The notes under the pieces are model-generated. The model saw nothing but the letters and a program-made list of their open reading frames with translations. It was not told the origin of the DNA and searched no databases. Positions 49,604-59,348 of a stretch of 64,000 nt of DNA are shown here, in pieces. The number at the start of each line of letters is the position of its first letter. Position 1 is the first letter of the stretch. A program made the position numbers and the translations under genes. The stretch lies in IMG/VR virus record IMGVR_UViG_3300008954_000023, positions 30,151 to 94,150 of that record. One strand, given 5' to 3'. This DNA is from a virus.

Positions 49604-50463
49604 TGCGGCACCCCGCGCAGTTCTTCGTTCACTTCCTCTGGCTCTCCCTCGTAGAGCCTTCTTTGAAGGAAGTGAACAAGGTCCTTGACCGGTTCGGCCT
49701 TGCGGGTCTGACAGAGGGCCAGTACGGCCACATCCTCGAAGACCTGCCGACTACTCCTGACGACTTTCAGCCTGTGAACTCACGGCACCGGCCCACGATG
49801 GCATGGCTAAAGAAGGTCGGCATCCGTTCGTTGGTTCGAGCAGACAAGGTCGCGCAAGAGATGAAGGTGGCTATCCTCGGCCATCCTCCTACGCGGGAGA
49901 AGGTCGAGCAGCTCCTCATCGGCAATGTCTCTCCTCGGGAGGTCTCGTACCGTCTGCAACGGATCGGGACGCACGTCTCAGATGCCGCTGTAGCGGAGTT
50001 CCGTCACTACTTCTGGGACACGCGAGAGATGGGCATCGCCGATTGGGCCGCGTACTTTGCTGAGGACCGGCAAGGGCGTACCCACATCTTGATGAGCCCC
50101 TACATGGCAGCACTTCGGGGAGGGCCTGACCTGGCCCTGTATCGGGCAGGAATCAAGACCAAGCTCGACACGAAGAAGATCATGGAGGGGGTCATGCGAG
50201 AGCTATGGCACACCTTCCAGGAGACCTGTACGCTTCCGCTCTCGCAGCGGAAGGTCGAGATGCTGGGAACCCTCTCTCGGAACATTGCTCGTGCGGACGA
50301 GCGGTTGAAGGCCAGTGATACGGCACTGCAGGAGATCCTGCAGCAGTTCGAGAAGTTCAAGGTCATCGCGGACGATGAAGAGATCGTCACTCTTGCCGAG
50401 CTTGCTCCTACAGGTACGGTGAGTGATAAGAGTAGGGAACAGATCGTCTCGCGTCAGGGGTGA
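49600..50463 (+). CDS. Hypothetical protein (helical)
   Basis: GTGA-coupled ORF of 287 aa. Confidence 0.65.
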   Translation: MMRHPAQFFVHFLWLSLVEPSLKEVNKVLDRFGLAGLTEGQYGHILEDLPTTPDDFQPVNSRHRPTMAWLKKVGIRSLVRADKVAQEMKVAILGHPPTREKVEQLLIGNVSPREVSYRLQRIGTHVSDAAVAEFRHYFWDTREMGIADWAAYFAEDRQGRTHILMSPYMAALRGGPDLALYRAGIKTKLDTKKIMEGVMRELWHTFQETCTLPLSQRKVEMLGTLSRNIARADERLKASDTALQEILQQFEKFKVIADDEEIVTLAELAPTGTVSDKSREQIVSRQG

Positions 50464-50466
50464 GGA

Positions 50467-50919
50467 ATGGTACCGCAGGGCATGATTCGTACGAGCGACG
50501 GAGTGCTCACCCAGGCTCCGGCATGGGCGATGGAGTTTCACCGCAAGGACTACCTGCGGGAGGCCTACGATGCGCAGTCGCAGCTCGCCACAGAGCCGCC
50601 GCCGCAGCGTCTGGAGTTCCGTGGCGACAACATCCAGGCCGATGTCGTGCTCAAGGGCGAGCACGATGTCATCTTCCAGATCTACATCGGCACCAAGGAT
50701 GCGCCTGCGCCTCTCCTTCCCGATGTCGAGGTGGTGATGTTCCGCGTGATCCTGGATCACTTCGGTACTACGGATCGCTTCGAGGGTGATGAGGTGTCGG
50801 AGCTTCGAAGCTACGCCGTGAAGGCGAAGGGCCTGCGAGGTATTCCCACCTACAGGGAGGAGTTCCACGTCGCCGGATTCCTCCACCTCCTCGATGCCAC
50901 CATCGGCGAGCTGGAGTAG
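50467..50919 (+). CDS. Hypothetical protein
   Basis: ORF with good codon bias. Confidence 0.65.
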   Translation: MVPQGMIRTSDGVLTQAPAWAMEFHRKDYLREAYDAQSQLATEPPPQRLEFRGDNIQADVVLKGEHDVIFQIYIGTKDAPAPLLPDVEVVMFRVILDHFGTTDRFEGDEVSELRSYAVKAKGLRGIPTYREEFHVAGFLHLLDATIGELE

Positions 50920-50922
50920 ACC

Positions 50923-51318
50923 ATGGCCATGATCGTCAAGTCCTTTGCCACGGTGAAGGAGGTCAGGGACTTCATGGCCGAGAACAATCTCGGCAAGGAA
51001 GACATCCTCTCCTTCGACACCAACGCCTCAGGGTTCATCGACATCCTTTTCGATGATGGGTCCATCTCGGACTACGCCTCTGGCACCAACGAGACGCATA
51101 CCGTCGGCGACGGGTACCGTGTTCGCCATCTCCAGTTGTGGGCGAGTGGTGGTGCAGGCTCTGCCACCATCTTTGGCGGAGACACCATCACCATCCCTGA
51201 CGGCGCGCGGATTCCGCTCGACTTCCACGGAGCACTGATCGGTGATGGAACGGCCGCGTCGAACATTGTGGTAGGCGCGAACACCTACTACTACATCGAC
51301 TGGTACGATCGCTCATAG
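50923..51318 (+). CDS. Hypothetical protein (beta-rich, possibly structural)
   Basis: GGAG RBS; good codon bias. Confidence 0.65.
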   Translation: MAMIVKSFATVKEVRDFMAENNLGKEDILSFDTNASGFIDILFDDGSISDYASGTNETHTVGDGYRVRHLQLWASGGAGSATIFGGDTITIPDGARIPLDFHGALIGDGTAASNIVVGANTYYYIDWYDRS

Positions 51319-51969
51319 TCACCGCCTGAAGGCCCTACGCCCTCGACCTCCGGTCTTCGCGTCGTCTCTGCGAAGGACAGTCCGGCAAGCCTTCTGCCGG
51401 TGGAACTCGCAAGCACCGTACTCGGCAATGGCTGCACGATGCTCCTTCGTGCCGTAGCCCATGTTTCGGTCCCAGCCGTATTGGCCCCACCGCTTGTGAG
51501 CACGGAGCATGACTTCGTCCCTTCGTAGCTTTGCGAGGATGCTGGCGGCCGCTACAAGCCAGTACTTGCTGTCTGCTCTGGGGATTGCCACTTCTGGACC
51601 CAGTCCTCCGACCTTGGTCTTCCCATCTGTGATCAGGAGCATGTCTGGTTGTAGGGACTCTACAGCCGCAAGGACTGCCCTTTTTTGTGCTTCGTGTAGC
51701 GCTCTTCCATGTCCCAGCTCATTGATGTCACGAACGGAGGCAAGGCCAAATCCGACCTCTCCTTCATTCTCCACCAAATAGGAGATCAGAGATGGTTCCA
51801 GTCGCTCTCTCTCCGGCCGAGTGGTCTTCTTTGAGTCCCTCACTTCCGCAATAGGCCAGAAGGTTGTCAACTGGTTGAACGGAATCTCCAGAGTCATCGC
51901 GACGGCCGTGACGCAGAATGGCCCTGCGAGGGCCCCGGTGCCGACCTCGTCCAGCCCAACGTAAATCAC
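51319..51969 (-). CDS. rnhB: Ribonuclease HII
   Basis: GLDEVGTGALAGP, DSKK, DG, AD.KY..VAAASILAK, GYGTKEH, HR. Confidence 0.93.
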   Translation of the reverse strand: MIYVGLDEVGTGALAGPFCVTAVAMTLEIPFNQLTTFWPIAEVRDSKKTTRPERERLEPSLISYLVENEGEVGFGLASVRDINELGHGRALHEAQKRAVLAAVESLQPDMLLITDGKTKVGGLGPEVAIPRADSKYWLVAAASILAKLRRDEVMLRAHKRWGQYGWDRNMGYGTKEHRAAIAEYGACEFHRQKACRTVLRRDDAKTGGRGRRAFRR

Positions 51970-52315
51970 CTGTCACCTCATAAGGATTGATGTCTTTTCT
52001 GGGTCCCAAACCCTTCAAGAGGATGAGAGCCTTAAAAGAAGTGCCCTTCCATTCACTTCTCTGGTACTTGCAGTCGTTGATGCTCGCCCACTCCTTGAGC
52101 TGAGCCCTCAACGATCGCACTTCCTCCTTTAGCCAGGGGCGGAGGAGCGTGATTGTGAAGACCCACTGTAGCGGGTCATCACGCTCCCCCAGCCTGTAGC
52201 TGTAGATGTCGTGGTCGAGTGCCCAGTTCACGGTCTGAATGAACTGAGCGACCCAGACCAGGCTCTCAGGTTCGGGCTTCTCGCTGTGTCCGTCCACTCT
52301 GCTCGACCGGGTCAA
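51764..52315 (-). CDS. Hypothetical protein
   Basis: Fills the gap before rnhB; its 3' end overlaps rnhB by about 200 nt. Confidence 0.45.
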   Translation of the reverse strand: MTRSSRVDGHSEKPEPESLVWVAQFIQTVNWALDHDIYSYRLGERDDPLQWVFTITLLRPWLKEEVRSLRAQLKEWASINDCKYQRSEWKGTSFKALILLKGLGPRKDINPYEVTGDLRWAGRGRHRGPRRAILRHGRRDDSGDSVQPVDNLLAYCGSEGLKEDHSAGERATGTISDLLFGGE

Positions 52316-53033
52316 GGAGGGCGAAGGGTCGCCGCTTCTTCTTTTGTAGGGTGTAGCCCGCAGAGCTTCCCAGGGGGAATGCAGAGAAGAGGTCAGCGAC
52401 GGTGTTCACCATCTTGGGGAGAGCGATGGAGAACTCCCGCTTCCGGATCAGGATGTCATCGTGCCTCGGCGGGTAGACGAATGCCTTGACCGCCTCGTAT
52501 GCTATCTTGCCGCCCTTCTTGACAGGCAACCGGATGATGATGTGTGGCATCATCCACACGTCACCCTCTCGGCCGAAGTCGAGACCGACGCCCCATCCCA
52601 CTACGCGACACCGGGCCTTGTCCACGGTGATGGGCGGACGCCGCGGGGCCGGAACGAGCGGGGAGCTCCACACTCCGTCATAGGGCAGGACCTGGCCCCG
52701 CTCCATGACCTGCGGCTTCGCCGGGTCCGGATCGTAGATGTTGAGCTCGGACCCGTTGATCGGGACGCGCTCGAGGATTTCCTGGATGCGAGCGAGATCA
52801 TCTTCATCGGACCCGGGAGCCCACGACTCGCCCACGATGGACGAGTAGAAGTTGATGTCGTTGCCCAGGAAGTCCATCCGGAGGAGGCGGTGTTCTGGGA
52901 TGGTGACCTCTTCGCCTCCTTTGGTGGTGGTGAGTTCTTCGGGCTGGTAGAGGACTTCCAGCCCGATGCCTGCGACGAGCGAAAGTCGTCGGCGGGGAGT
53001 TTGCATGTTGGGTGTCTCCAGACCCGGCACCAT
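52266..53033 (-). CDS. Hypothetical protein
   Basis: 255-aa ORF, high GC3, downstream of a CATAAG motif. Confidence 0.7.
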   Translation of the reverse strand: MVPGLETPNMQTPRRRLSLVAGIGLEVLYQPEELTTTKGGEEVTIPEHRLLRMDFLGNDINFYSSIVGESWAPGSDEDDLARIQEILERVPINGSELNIYDPDPAKPQVMERGQVLPYDGVWSSPLVPAPRRPPITVDKARCRVVGWGVGLDFGREGDVWMMPHIIIRLPVKKGGKIAYEAVKAFVYPPRHDDILIRKREFSIALPKMVNTVADLFSAFPLGSSAGYTLQKKKRRPFALLDPVEQSGRTQREART

Positions 53034-53077
53034 GGATTAGGTGTTTACCGGGCTATTCTCCTTATGGCAGGGAAAGG

Positions 53078-56000
53078 ATGGGCATTTACGACGAGGATCC
53101 TGACGTTCTGGAGTACTCCATTGAAGGGTGGAACTCCCTTGAGTACCGGGAGCCGTGGGATCACGAACCACCGATTCCTGCCGTAGAGGATTGGGAGGTA
53201 GAGCGACACTTGCGGGAGCAGAGGCTCCGCTACGCCCTCACCCCGTCGCAGTTCACGGAAGAGACTGTGCTCATGCCCAACGCGAAGACGCGGGCATTGG
53301 AGGCGTTTTCCTTCGCAGATCGTCCTTACCTGAGGAAGGTCTACAATACGCAGTCCAATCGTGTCCTTCTCATGGCCGGACGGCAGGTGGAGAAGTGTGT
53401 TCATGAAGATGAAGTAGTAGTCGACTCTTTCGGCAAGCCGACCCCTATCAAAGACCTGTTGGTCGGCGATATACTTGTGTGCTTGGCTACCGAGGAAACG
53501 TCCCCGAATGTTGAGCGAGGGTCGGGATCTCGGATGACCACGTCAAAGATTACGTGGAAGTCTCGCAAGCGTAAGAAGCCTTGCCGCGAGATCCGGACGA
53601 GACAGGGCCATCGCTCTCGTATGGCTACGACACATCCTGTTCGGGTGTGGAACGGGTGGAAGGCTGCTGGAGATCTCGAAATAGGAGATCGAATCGCAGT
53701 GGTTCGTAGGGCAGGGGTGTTCAGCAGCTGCGATTACGACGTGTCTTCCTCTCGGGTACGGCTCACCGCCTACATGATTGGAGATGGCGGGTGCAACCCC
53801 AAAGACGTGACCTTCACGAACGAGACCTTTGAGGTCCTTGACGATTTCGACGATGCTCTTGTTGATGAAGGGATGTCGTACACCTTCTCACCCAAGAAGG
53901 ATTCAAACACGACCTGCTTCCGTCTCCCTCGCTATCGAGCAGAGAAGCTCCGTGGATGGCTGGAAGAGGATGGTCTTTTGGGGACGGACTCCTACTCGAA
54001 GTTCCTTCCTGATTGGGTATTTCGTCTTTCGCGAGAGCAGACGTCTCTGTTCCTGAACAGGCTTTGGTCTACAGACGGGCACGTCAAGTGCAACACCGAC
54101 ACGAAGTGGTCCATCGAGTACTGCTCTATGTCGGAGAGGCTGGTCAGGCAGGTTCAGGCATTGCTGTGGAAGCTTGGCATCCCTTCCAGGATCAGAGAGA
54201 ACTGGCCTTCGATCTATAAGAAGCGCGGTGAGAAGGTTCTTGCTTATATCCTCCGTATCGAGACTCAAGAAGGTGTACGTTCGTTCGTTCGTGACATCGG
54301 TGCGCTTGGAAAGATCGAGCGGCAAGAGCTTGACCCCTGGGAGACCAACAACAATCGAGACACGTTGCCGTTGGAGGTGAACGAGTTCATACGGGAGATC
54401 TACGATGAGGTCTCACCGAAGAAGGGAGACCGAACCCTTCAGTCCGCAGGACTTCGCCGTAGCCCTAAGTACTGCCTGACCCGGAAGAAGCTGCTCGCGT
54501 ATGTCGAGTTTTTCGAAGGAGACCCTCGATACTCACCCTCGAAAGTTCGGCTCCTGAAGGAGCACGTGAGTTCTGACATTTACTGGGACGAGGTGGAGTC
54601 TATCAACGAGATGGGGGAGCAGTGGTGCTACGACCTGACGGTTGATCGTCATCACAACTTCGTCGCAGGCGGGATTGTCACGCACAACAGCACCTCTCTC
54701 GGTAATCGGATGCTGGCTCTATGCTGCCTCATCCCGCATTTCCGTGCACTGTACGTCTCCCCGTCTTCAACACAGACCAAGGAGTTCTCGAACCGGCGGT
54801 TGCGTGAAGTCTTGATGACCTCGCCGCGACTGAGGACGTGGTTCCCGCAGCATCTCACGGACAATGTCTTTGAGAAGCGAGCCATCAACCGGAGTGGAAT
54901 CACACTCCGGTATGCGTTCCTCAACGCAGATCGCTGCCGGGGACTCTCTGCAGATAGTGTCATCCTCGACGAGTTCCAGGATCTCCTTCTCGACACTATT
55001 CCGGTCATCGAGGAGGCTGCGTCCCACTCCGCCTTCAAGTACTTCATCTACGCAGGAACTCCGAAGTCGCTCGACAACCCGATCGAGCACTACTGGTCCA
55101 CCTTCTCGACTCGCAACGAATGGGCAGTCCCCTGTGAGCGGCACGGCACTCCTAAGGTTCCGGGCTCCTGGCACTGGAACATCCTGGGTGAGAGGAACAT
55201 CTCCAAGGCCGGACCGGTCTGTGACCGCTGCGGCGGTCCCATCTTCCCCAACCATCCGAAAGCACAATGGGTCCGTACCGGTAACCCCGACCCCAACCTC
55301 ACGGTCTTTGAGGGTTTCCGCATCCCGCAGCTCATGGTCCCCTGGATCAGCTGGAAGGAGCTGTGGACCAAGTACACGGACTACCCACGTGCACAGTTCT
55401 TTAACGAGTGCCTGGGCCAGTCCTTCGATTCAGGACAGCGCCCTCTCACTCAGGACGACATCAGGCAAAACTGTGATTCCTCAATCACCCTCACTCCCGA
55501 AGGGGTGGCCGACATCCGTCGACGGATGGCGGGGGTTCAGCTCTATGGCGGCATCGACTGGGGCCAGGGCTCGACGAACTCGTACACGGTGTTCTTCGTA
55601 GGCGGGTACCTCAACAACAAGTTCACCATCTTCTTCTGCCATCGCTTCGTTGGAGCGGAATCCGAACCGCGCACCCAGCTCAAGAAGATCTGCAGGATCA
55701 TCGAGACCTTCAACCTTGCCCGCGTCTGTGTTGACCATGGTGGAGGCTTCTGGCCAAACGGTGAGCTTCTTCGTCGCTATGGCTCCAATCGCATCGTACG
55801 GGTGCAGTACCTCACGCCGAATGTCTTCATGCGTTGGGATGAGGCTCTTGGGCGGTACATCATCCACCGCTCCGAAGTCATGTCGGCGATGTTCAATGCC
55901 ATCAAGCGCGGCTCGGTCGTAAGGTTCCCTGCCTGGAAGTACTTCAAGTCTCCTTTCGCAGCAGACATGCTCTCCATCTTCTCGGAGTACTCCGAGAAGA

Positions 56001-56161
56001 TGCACATGACGCAGTACAAGAAGTCGGCCAACAACACCGACGACTCCTTCCATGCGTTCCTCTACTGCTTCCTCTCTTCGATGATTGACATCCCTCGGCC
56101 CGATGTCTTCATCCCTTCTCAGGCTGTGGACCGTATGCTTGAAGCTCGTGAAGAGTATTGA
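53078..56161 (+). CDS. terL: Terminase large subunit (lambda gpA-like) with intein
   Basis: FSFADRPYL, GRQVEK|S Walker A, RGLSAD.VILDEFQD Walker B, GTPK, Zn ribbon, FFNECLG, GIDWG, DDSFHA. Confidence 0.9.
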   Translation: MGIYDEDPDVLEYSIEGWNSLEYREPWDHEPPIPAVEDWEVERHLREQRLRYALTPSQFTEETVLMPNAKTRALEAFSFADRPYLRKVYNTQSNRVLLMAGRQVEKCVHEDEVVVDSFGKPTPIKDLLVGDILVCLATEETSPNVERGSGSRMTTSKITWKSRKRKKPCREIRTRQGHRSRMATTHPVRVWNGWKAAGDLEIGDRIAVVRRAGVFSSCDYDVSSSRVRLTAYMIGDGGCNPKDVTFTNETFEVLDDFDDALVDEGMSYTFSPKKDSNTTCFRLPRYRAEKLRGWLEEDGLLGTDSYSKFLPDWVFRLSREQTSLFLNRLWSTDGHVKCNTDTKWSIEYCSMSERLVRQVQALLWKLGIPSRIRENWPSIYKKRGEKVLAYILRIETQEGVRSFVRDIGALGKIERQELDPWETNNNRDTLPLEVNEFIREIYDEVSPKKGDRTLQSAGLRRSPKYCLTRKKLLAYVEFFEGDPRYSPSKVRLLKEHVSSDIYWDEVESINEMGEQWCYDLTVDRHHNFVAGGIVTHNSTSLGNRMLALCCLIPHFRALYVSPSSTQTKEFSNRRLREVLMTSPRLRTWFPQHLTDNVFEKRAINRSGITLRYAFLNADRCRGLSADSVILDEFQDLLLDTIPVIEEAASHSAFKYFIYAGTPKSLDNPIEHYWSTFSTRNEWAVPCERHGTPKVPGSWHWNILGERNISKAGPVCDRCGGPIFPNHPKAQWVRTGNPDPNLTVFEGFRIPQLMVPWISWKELWTKYTDYPRAQFFNECLGQSFDSGQRPLTQDDIRQNCDSSITLTPEGVADIRRRMAGVQLYGGIDWGQGSTNSYTVFFVGGYLNNKFTIFFCHRFVGAESEPRTQLKKICRIIETFNLARVCVDHGGGFWPNGELLRRYGSNRIVRVQYLTPNVFMRWDEALGRYIIHRSEVMSAMFNAIKRGSVVRFPAWKYFKSPFAADMLSIFSEYSEKMHMTQYKKSANNTDDSFHAFLYCFLSSMIDIPRPDVFIPSQAVDRMLEAREEY
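53396..54688 (+). mobile_element. Intein (431 aa, LAGLIDADG) in the terminase Walker A
   Basis: EK|CVHED...TTHP...AYMIGDG...LWSTDG...CYDLTV...VTHN|S. Confidence 0.93.
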
Positions 56162-56208
56162 GAGCTAAGAAGGATTGTAGGTAAAGAGGCTAAAACTTCA
56201 ACCAAGAG

Positions 56209-56247
56209 CAGAGCGGGCCACCTCCACAAGGGAGGGGCCGCGCTCTG
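56209..56247. terminator. Hairpin between convergent terL and the 56264-56767 gene
   Basis: CAGAGCG-GGCC-a-CCTCC/ACAAG/GGAGG-GGCC-g-CGCTCTG; T-rich TTTTAGC run downstream on the - strand. Confidence 0.55.
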
Positions 56248-56263
56248 TCGAGAAGGGATGCGG

Positions 56264-56767
56264 CTACGCCGCCATCGTCAGGATCTGCTTGGCCATCGCC
56301 ATCGCCGCGCGGTCGCTCAGGGGATCCTTGCCCTGGGCCTTCCGCTGGCTCTGCAGCGTGTCGATCACGTCGGCGAGGTCCTTCTTGGCGGCGTTGGCAG
56401 CGGCCTCTGCCAGGGCCAACTTTCGGTTCTCCTTCGCTAGATCCCCGGCGAAGTTCTCTCCGAGGGTGACCGAGGCGGGCTGCTGAACTCCTCCGAGGGT
56501 CCGGGCCGTCACGATCTGGGTGACGACCTCTGAGGAAGCCGAAGCACATGCGGCCGCCAGCCCGGTCAGGCCGATGATGGCGCCGCTGGTCAGGGCCAAC
56601 GTGGGGTCGATCGAGACCCCGAAGGTGGCCTCGGCCACCTTGTTGACGACAGTGCTGGTGGCGCCACCGGCGGCGGCGGCGGTGACCGTCGTACGGATTG
56701 GGTTTTCGTAGTATTCAACGGCGATACGATCGCATACGCCGATGTTCGGAAGCGTGGCACGACTCAT
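56264..56767 (-). CDS. Hypothetical membrane-associated/coiled-coil protein
   Basis: GGAGG RBS; hydrophobic Ala/Gly segments then a coiled coil. Confidence 0.7.
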   Translation of the reverse strand: MSRATLPNIGVCDRIAVEYYENPIRTTVTAAAAGGATSTVVNKVAEATFGVSIDPTLALTSGAIIGLTGLAAACASASSEVVTQIVTARTLGGVQQPASVTLGENFAGDLAKENRKLALAEAAANAAKKDLADVIDTLQSQRKAQGKDPLSDRAAMAMAKQILTMAA

Positions 56768-56902
56768 GTCGAGCCTCCAGTTGTGGTTGGGTTGTCGGGT
56801 GCATCCAGGGCCAAACAGCTGGCGTTCCTGGGCGCAAAAGTCTTATGCCCGAAAGGACCGGCTCTTTTAGCCTCAGTCCTTCCCTTCCATGGGCAGACCT
56901 GC

Positions 56903-57361
56903 TCAGTCCGTCTCAGACTCATCCGAGGCGAGAACGAAGGTTCCGAATGCCTCTGCCATGGCCATCATGGCGGGAGCAGCAGTGGCCATCGCGACCTCGA
57001 GCGCTTCCAGCCGCTCGTCCTGCGCCTCCATCCGATCCACTTGAAGGCCGATGACCTCCGCCATCTCGGCCTTCAGAGCCTCCACAGCCTTCGCCATCTC
57101 AGCCCGAGAAGGTGACGTCTCCGGTCCCCGCGCCACGAGGGTTTCGAGGTTGGTGAGCCGCGCTTCGATGCGGCTATAGACTGTACCCTGCGCCTTTGCA
57201 GGCCTCTCGGACCTCTGCGGAGCGCGTGTTGCCTCTCGGGCAGAGGGCTGCGTCCGAGAGGCGGGGGCGGGGGCGGAAGCGGGAGGCTTCGCCGGCCGCC
57301 GCAGGGACAGCTGGTGAAGGCGCGAAGTGAGCGCCTCCGCAACTGAGGTCTGGTGATTCAT
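56903..57361 (-). CDS. Hypothetical coiled-coil protein
   Basis: AAGGAG RBS; CATAAG upstream. Confidence 0.7.
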   Translation of the reverse strand: MNHQTSVAEALTSRLHQLSLRRPAKPPASAPAPASRTQPSAREATRAPQRSERPAKAQGTVYSRIEARLTNLETLVARGPETSPSRAEMAKAVEALKAEMAEVIGLQVDRMEAQDERLEALEVAMATAAPAMMAMAEAFGTFVLASDESETD

Positions 57362-57427
57362 AGTGCTCCTTTGGACAGCAACATCGGTTTGCCGACCAAA
57401 GCACTTATGACTGGAATCCCTACGATT

Positions 57428-58141
57428 TCATGCAGTCCTCTGGAACCTTCCCATCATCCCCGTCAGCTCGTCATGAATGGAACGAGGCGTGTTTGTGGGA
57501 GGTTGCAGGTGAGGGTCCCGAATCACACCGTACATCTCGGTGTAGCAGAGGGCTGACACTCGGAGTCGGCGTCGTCCTTCCACAAGAGTGCGGTGAACCT
57601 TCTGCACTCGAAGCGAGGTTTCGTAGTCCTCTCTTGTTGCCACATGCGCCACTTGAGCGATGCACAACTTCATGAGGAGTACCCAGGCCCGTCCATCTTC
57701 CACGGCCTCGGCCATGATGTGGAAGCTCTCTTCCGTCAGGCTCATGAAGATCTCAGCCCATGCTTCAAGCTCTTCAAGGCTGAAGCTCGTCCTACCAAGA
57801 GTCTGAGCAGCACTCTCATGTAGCTGTCGTGCGGTCGTAGCTGTGAGGTTCAGCGGTGTGACTCGGGCGTCCAGGATGCGAAGCACCACCTCCATCTCTG
57901 CCTGGAGCTTCCGTACCTGAGCTCGGAGTTCCAGGATCTCCTTCCGGCTCCCCCGTGTACGAGGCGTGTGAGATGTCCTGTCGCGTCGAAGCTCCTCCAC
58001 CTCCAGCGGGCGGTACATGATCCGTCGCCCGTACTTCACCTTCGTCAATAGGCCGTCGCTGGCATAGCGGGCGACGGTGCGAGCGCAGCACTGTAGGTGT
58101 CGTGCGGCCTCTTGGGCAGTCATGAGGTTGTCTACGCTCAA
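57428..58141 (-). CDS. Helix-turn-helix (excisionase/MerR-like) DNA-binding protein
   Basis: LMTAQEAARHLQC.ARTVARYA..GLL...K.GRR..Y...EVE, then a coiled coil; AGGAGG RBS. Confidence 0.8.
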   Translation of the reverse strand: MSVDNLMTAQEAARHLQCCARTVARYASDGLLTKVKYGRRIMYRPLEVEELRRDRTSHTPRTRGSRKEILELRAQVRKLQAEMEVVLRILDARVTPLNLTATTARQLHESAAQTLGRTSFSLEELEAWAEIFMSLTEESFHIMAEAVEDGRAWVLLMKLCIAQVAHVATREDYETSLRVQKVHRTLVEGRRRLRVSALCYTEMYGVIRDPHLQPPTNTPRSIHDELTGMMGRFQRTA

Positions 58142-58186
58142 TGTGCCTCCTGGCTGTTAGAGGTATAGTCCTATGGAGAGGACACC

Positions 58187-59071
58187 ATGGTCTCCGATAG
58201 CGATCTCCGAAGCCTGGCTCGTGGAGCGACTACCCGATTCCTTGACGGAGGCGGGGACTTCACGACGTGTGTGGCGAAGGTCGCATCGGCCTCTTCTCAC
58301 ACTCTAACCGCGGAGCATATCCGTCGGGTGTGTGAGATGGCGTACCATGATGCCTTCGAGCGGGAGTGGCAGAAGCAGGCAGGCGGGAGCCGGCTGGTGT
58401 CCTTCGACCCGCCCTGTGCGAAGGAAGCTGCCCGGCTGTGCAATGCAGAGAAGGTTGCGGCCGCGCGAGTCCGGGCCACGACCGTGACTGGGCATCCGAC
58501 CATGGACAAGATCGCGATGGCAGAGATCCCGCACGTCCCTCTTCCGCCGCCCATCACGAACGCCTTCACCTCTGCCATGCGCTCCTCGCCTGTAGATCGG
58601 GAGCTCGGAGTCCGGGAGGCTCTTCACACCCTGAAGACTGCGGCCCAGGATCTCAATGAGGCGATCTCGCAGGTCGAGATCGAGATCGGCTCCGCCAAGT
58701 CGGCGGAGCTCTACGCCCACACTGCTCTGGGTCGTCAGGCTCGTCAGGCATGCCTGGACGGAGCGACTCCAGGCCAGGCCCTCGCGGTATGTGAGCACTT
58801 CCTGAAGGAGGCGGAAGGTGTTCCCGCTGACATCGCTGTGGATGTGCTGGCACACCTGGCAAGGGACATGATGACGGGCAACGTCTTCCCGGAGCCTGTG
58901 AAGCTCGCGGCCCCTCCGAACCCTCGTCACCCTCTGAACCGTCTGGTCGTGAAGGCGGCCCACATCCGTTTCGGACGACTGCAGCGGGAGATCGCTCTTG
59001 GTGATCTCCGTGCGGATCGTCAACGGCTGGAGAAGGAGCTGGGCAGTGAGCTCTACCAGCTCGGAGCGTGA
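58187..59071 (+). CDS. Putative head-associated protein, K-x-A rich
   Basis: KVAS, KQAG, EKVAA, DKIA, KTAA, KLAA. Confidence 0.7.
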   Translation: MVSDSDLRSLARGATTRFLDGGGDFTTCVAKVASASSHTLTAEHIRRVCEMAYHDAFEREWQKQAGGSRLVSFDPPCAKEAARLCNAEKVAAARVRATTVTGHPTMDKIAMAEIPHVPLPPPITNAFTSAMRSSPVDRELGVREALHTLKTAAQDLNEAISQVEIEIGSAKSAELYAHTALGRQARQACLDGATPGQALAVCEHFLKEAEGVPADIAVDVLAHLARDMMTGNVFPEPVKLAAPPNPRHPLNRLVVKAAHIRFGRLQREIALGDLRADRQRLEKELGSELYQLGA

Positions 59072-59075
59072 GCGC

Positions 59076-59348
59076 ATGCAGCGGTTCCGGAAGCTCGCGC
59101 TTCTGGGAGCGGCCAAGGCTGTAGCCAAAGGAACGGCCAATGTGGCCGCGAAGGCTACAGGTGTTGGAGCGCGGACGACTTGGCGCACTGCCCAGAGAGT
59201 GTCCTCCGGCGAGAACCTCATGCCCAAATCCCGGGCCATAGGTCTCGTAGGTCTTGGCGGGGTTACTACCGTAGGCGGTGTGCGGACAGTTCGTGAAAAC
59301 GCAAGAGCAGCTCGAGCAAGCTCAGAAGCTCCGTGGAAGGCACAATGA
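59076..59348 (+). CDS. Small basic Gly/Ala-rich protein
   Basis: GGAG RBS; MQRFRKLA leader; stop overlaps the next ATG. Confidence 0.55.
   Translation: MQRFRKLALLGAAKAVAKGTANVAAKATGVGARTTWRTAQRVSSGENLMPKSRAIGLVGLGGVTTVGGVRTVRENARAARASSEAPWKAQ

Noticed and set aside
57428-58141. Prophage excision module
   Set aside because: Only an excisionase-like HTH; no integrase or att site recognisable in the window.
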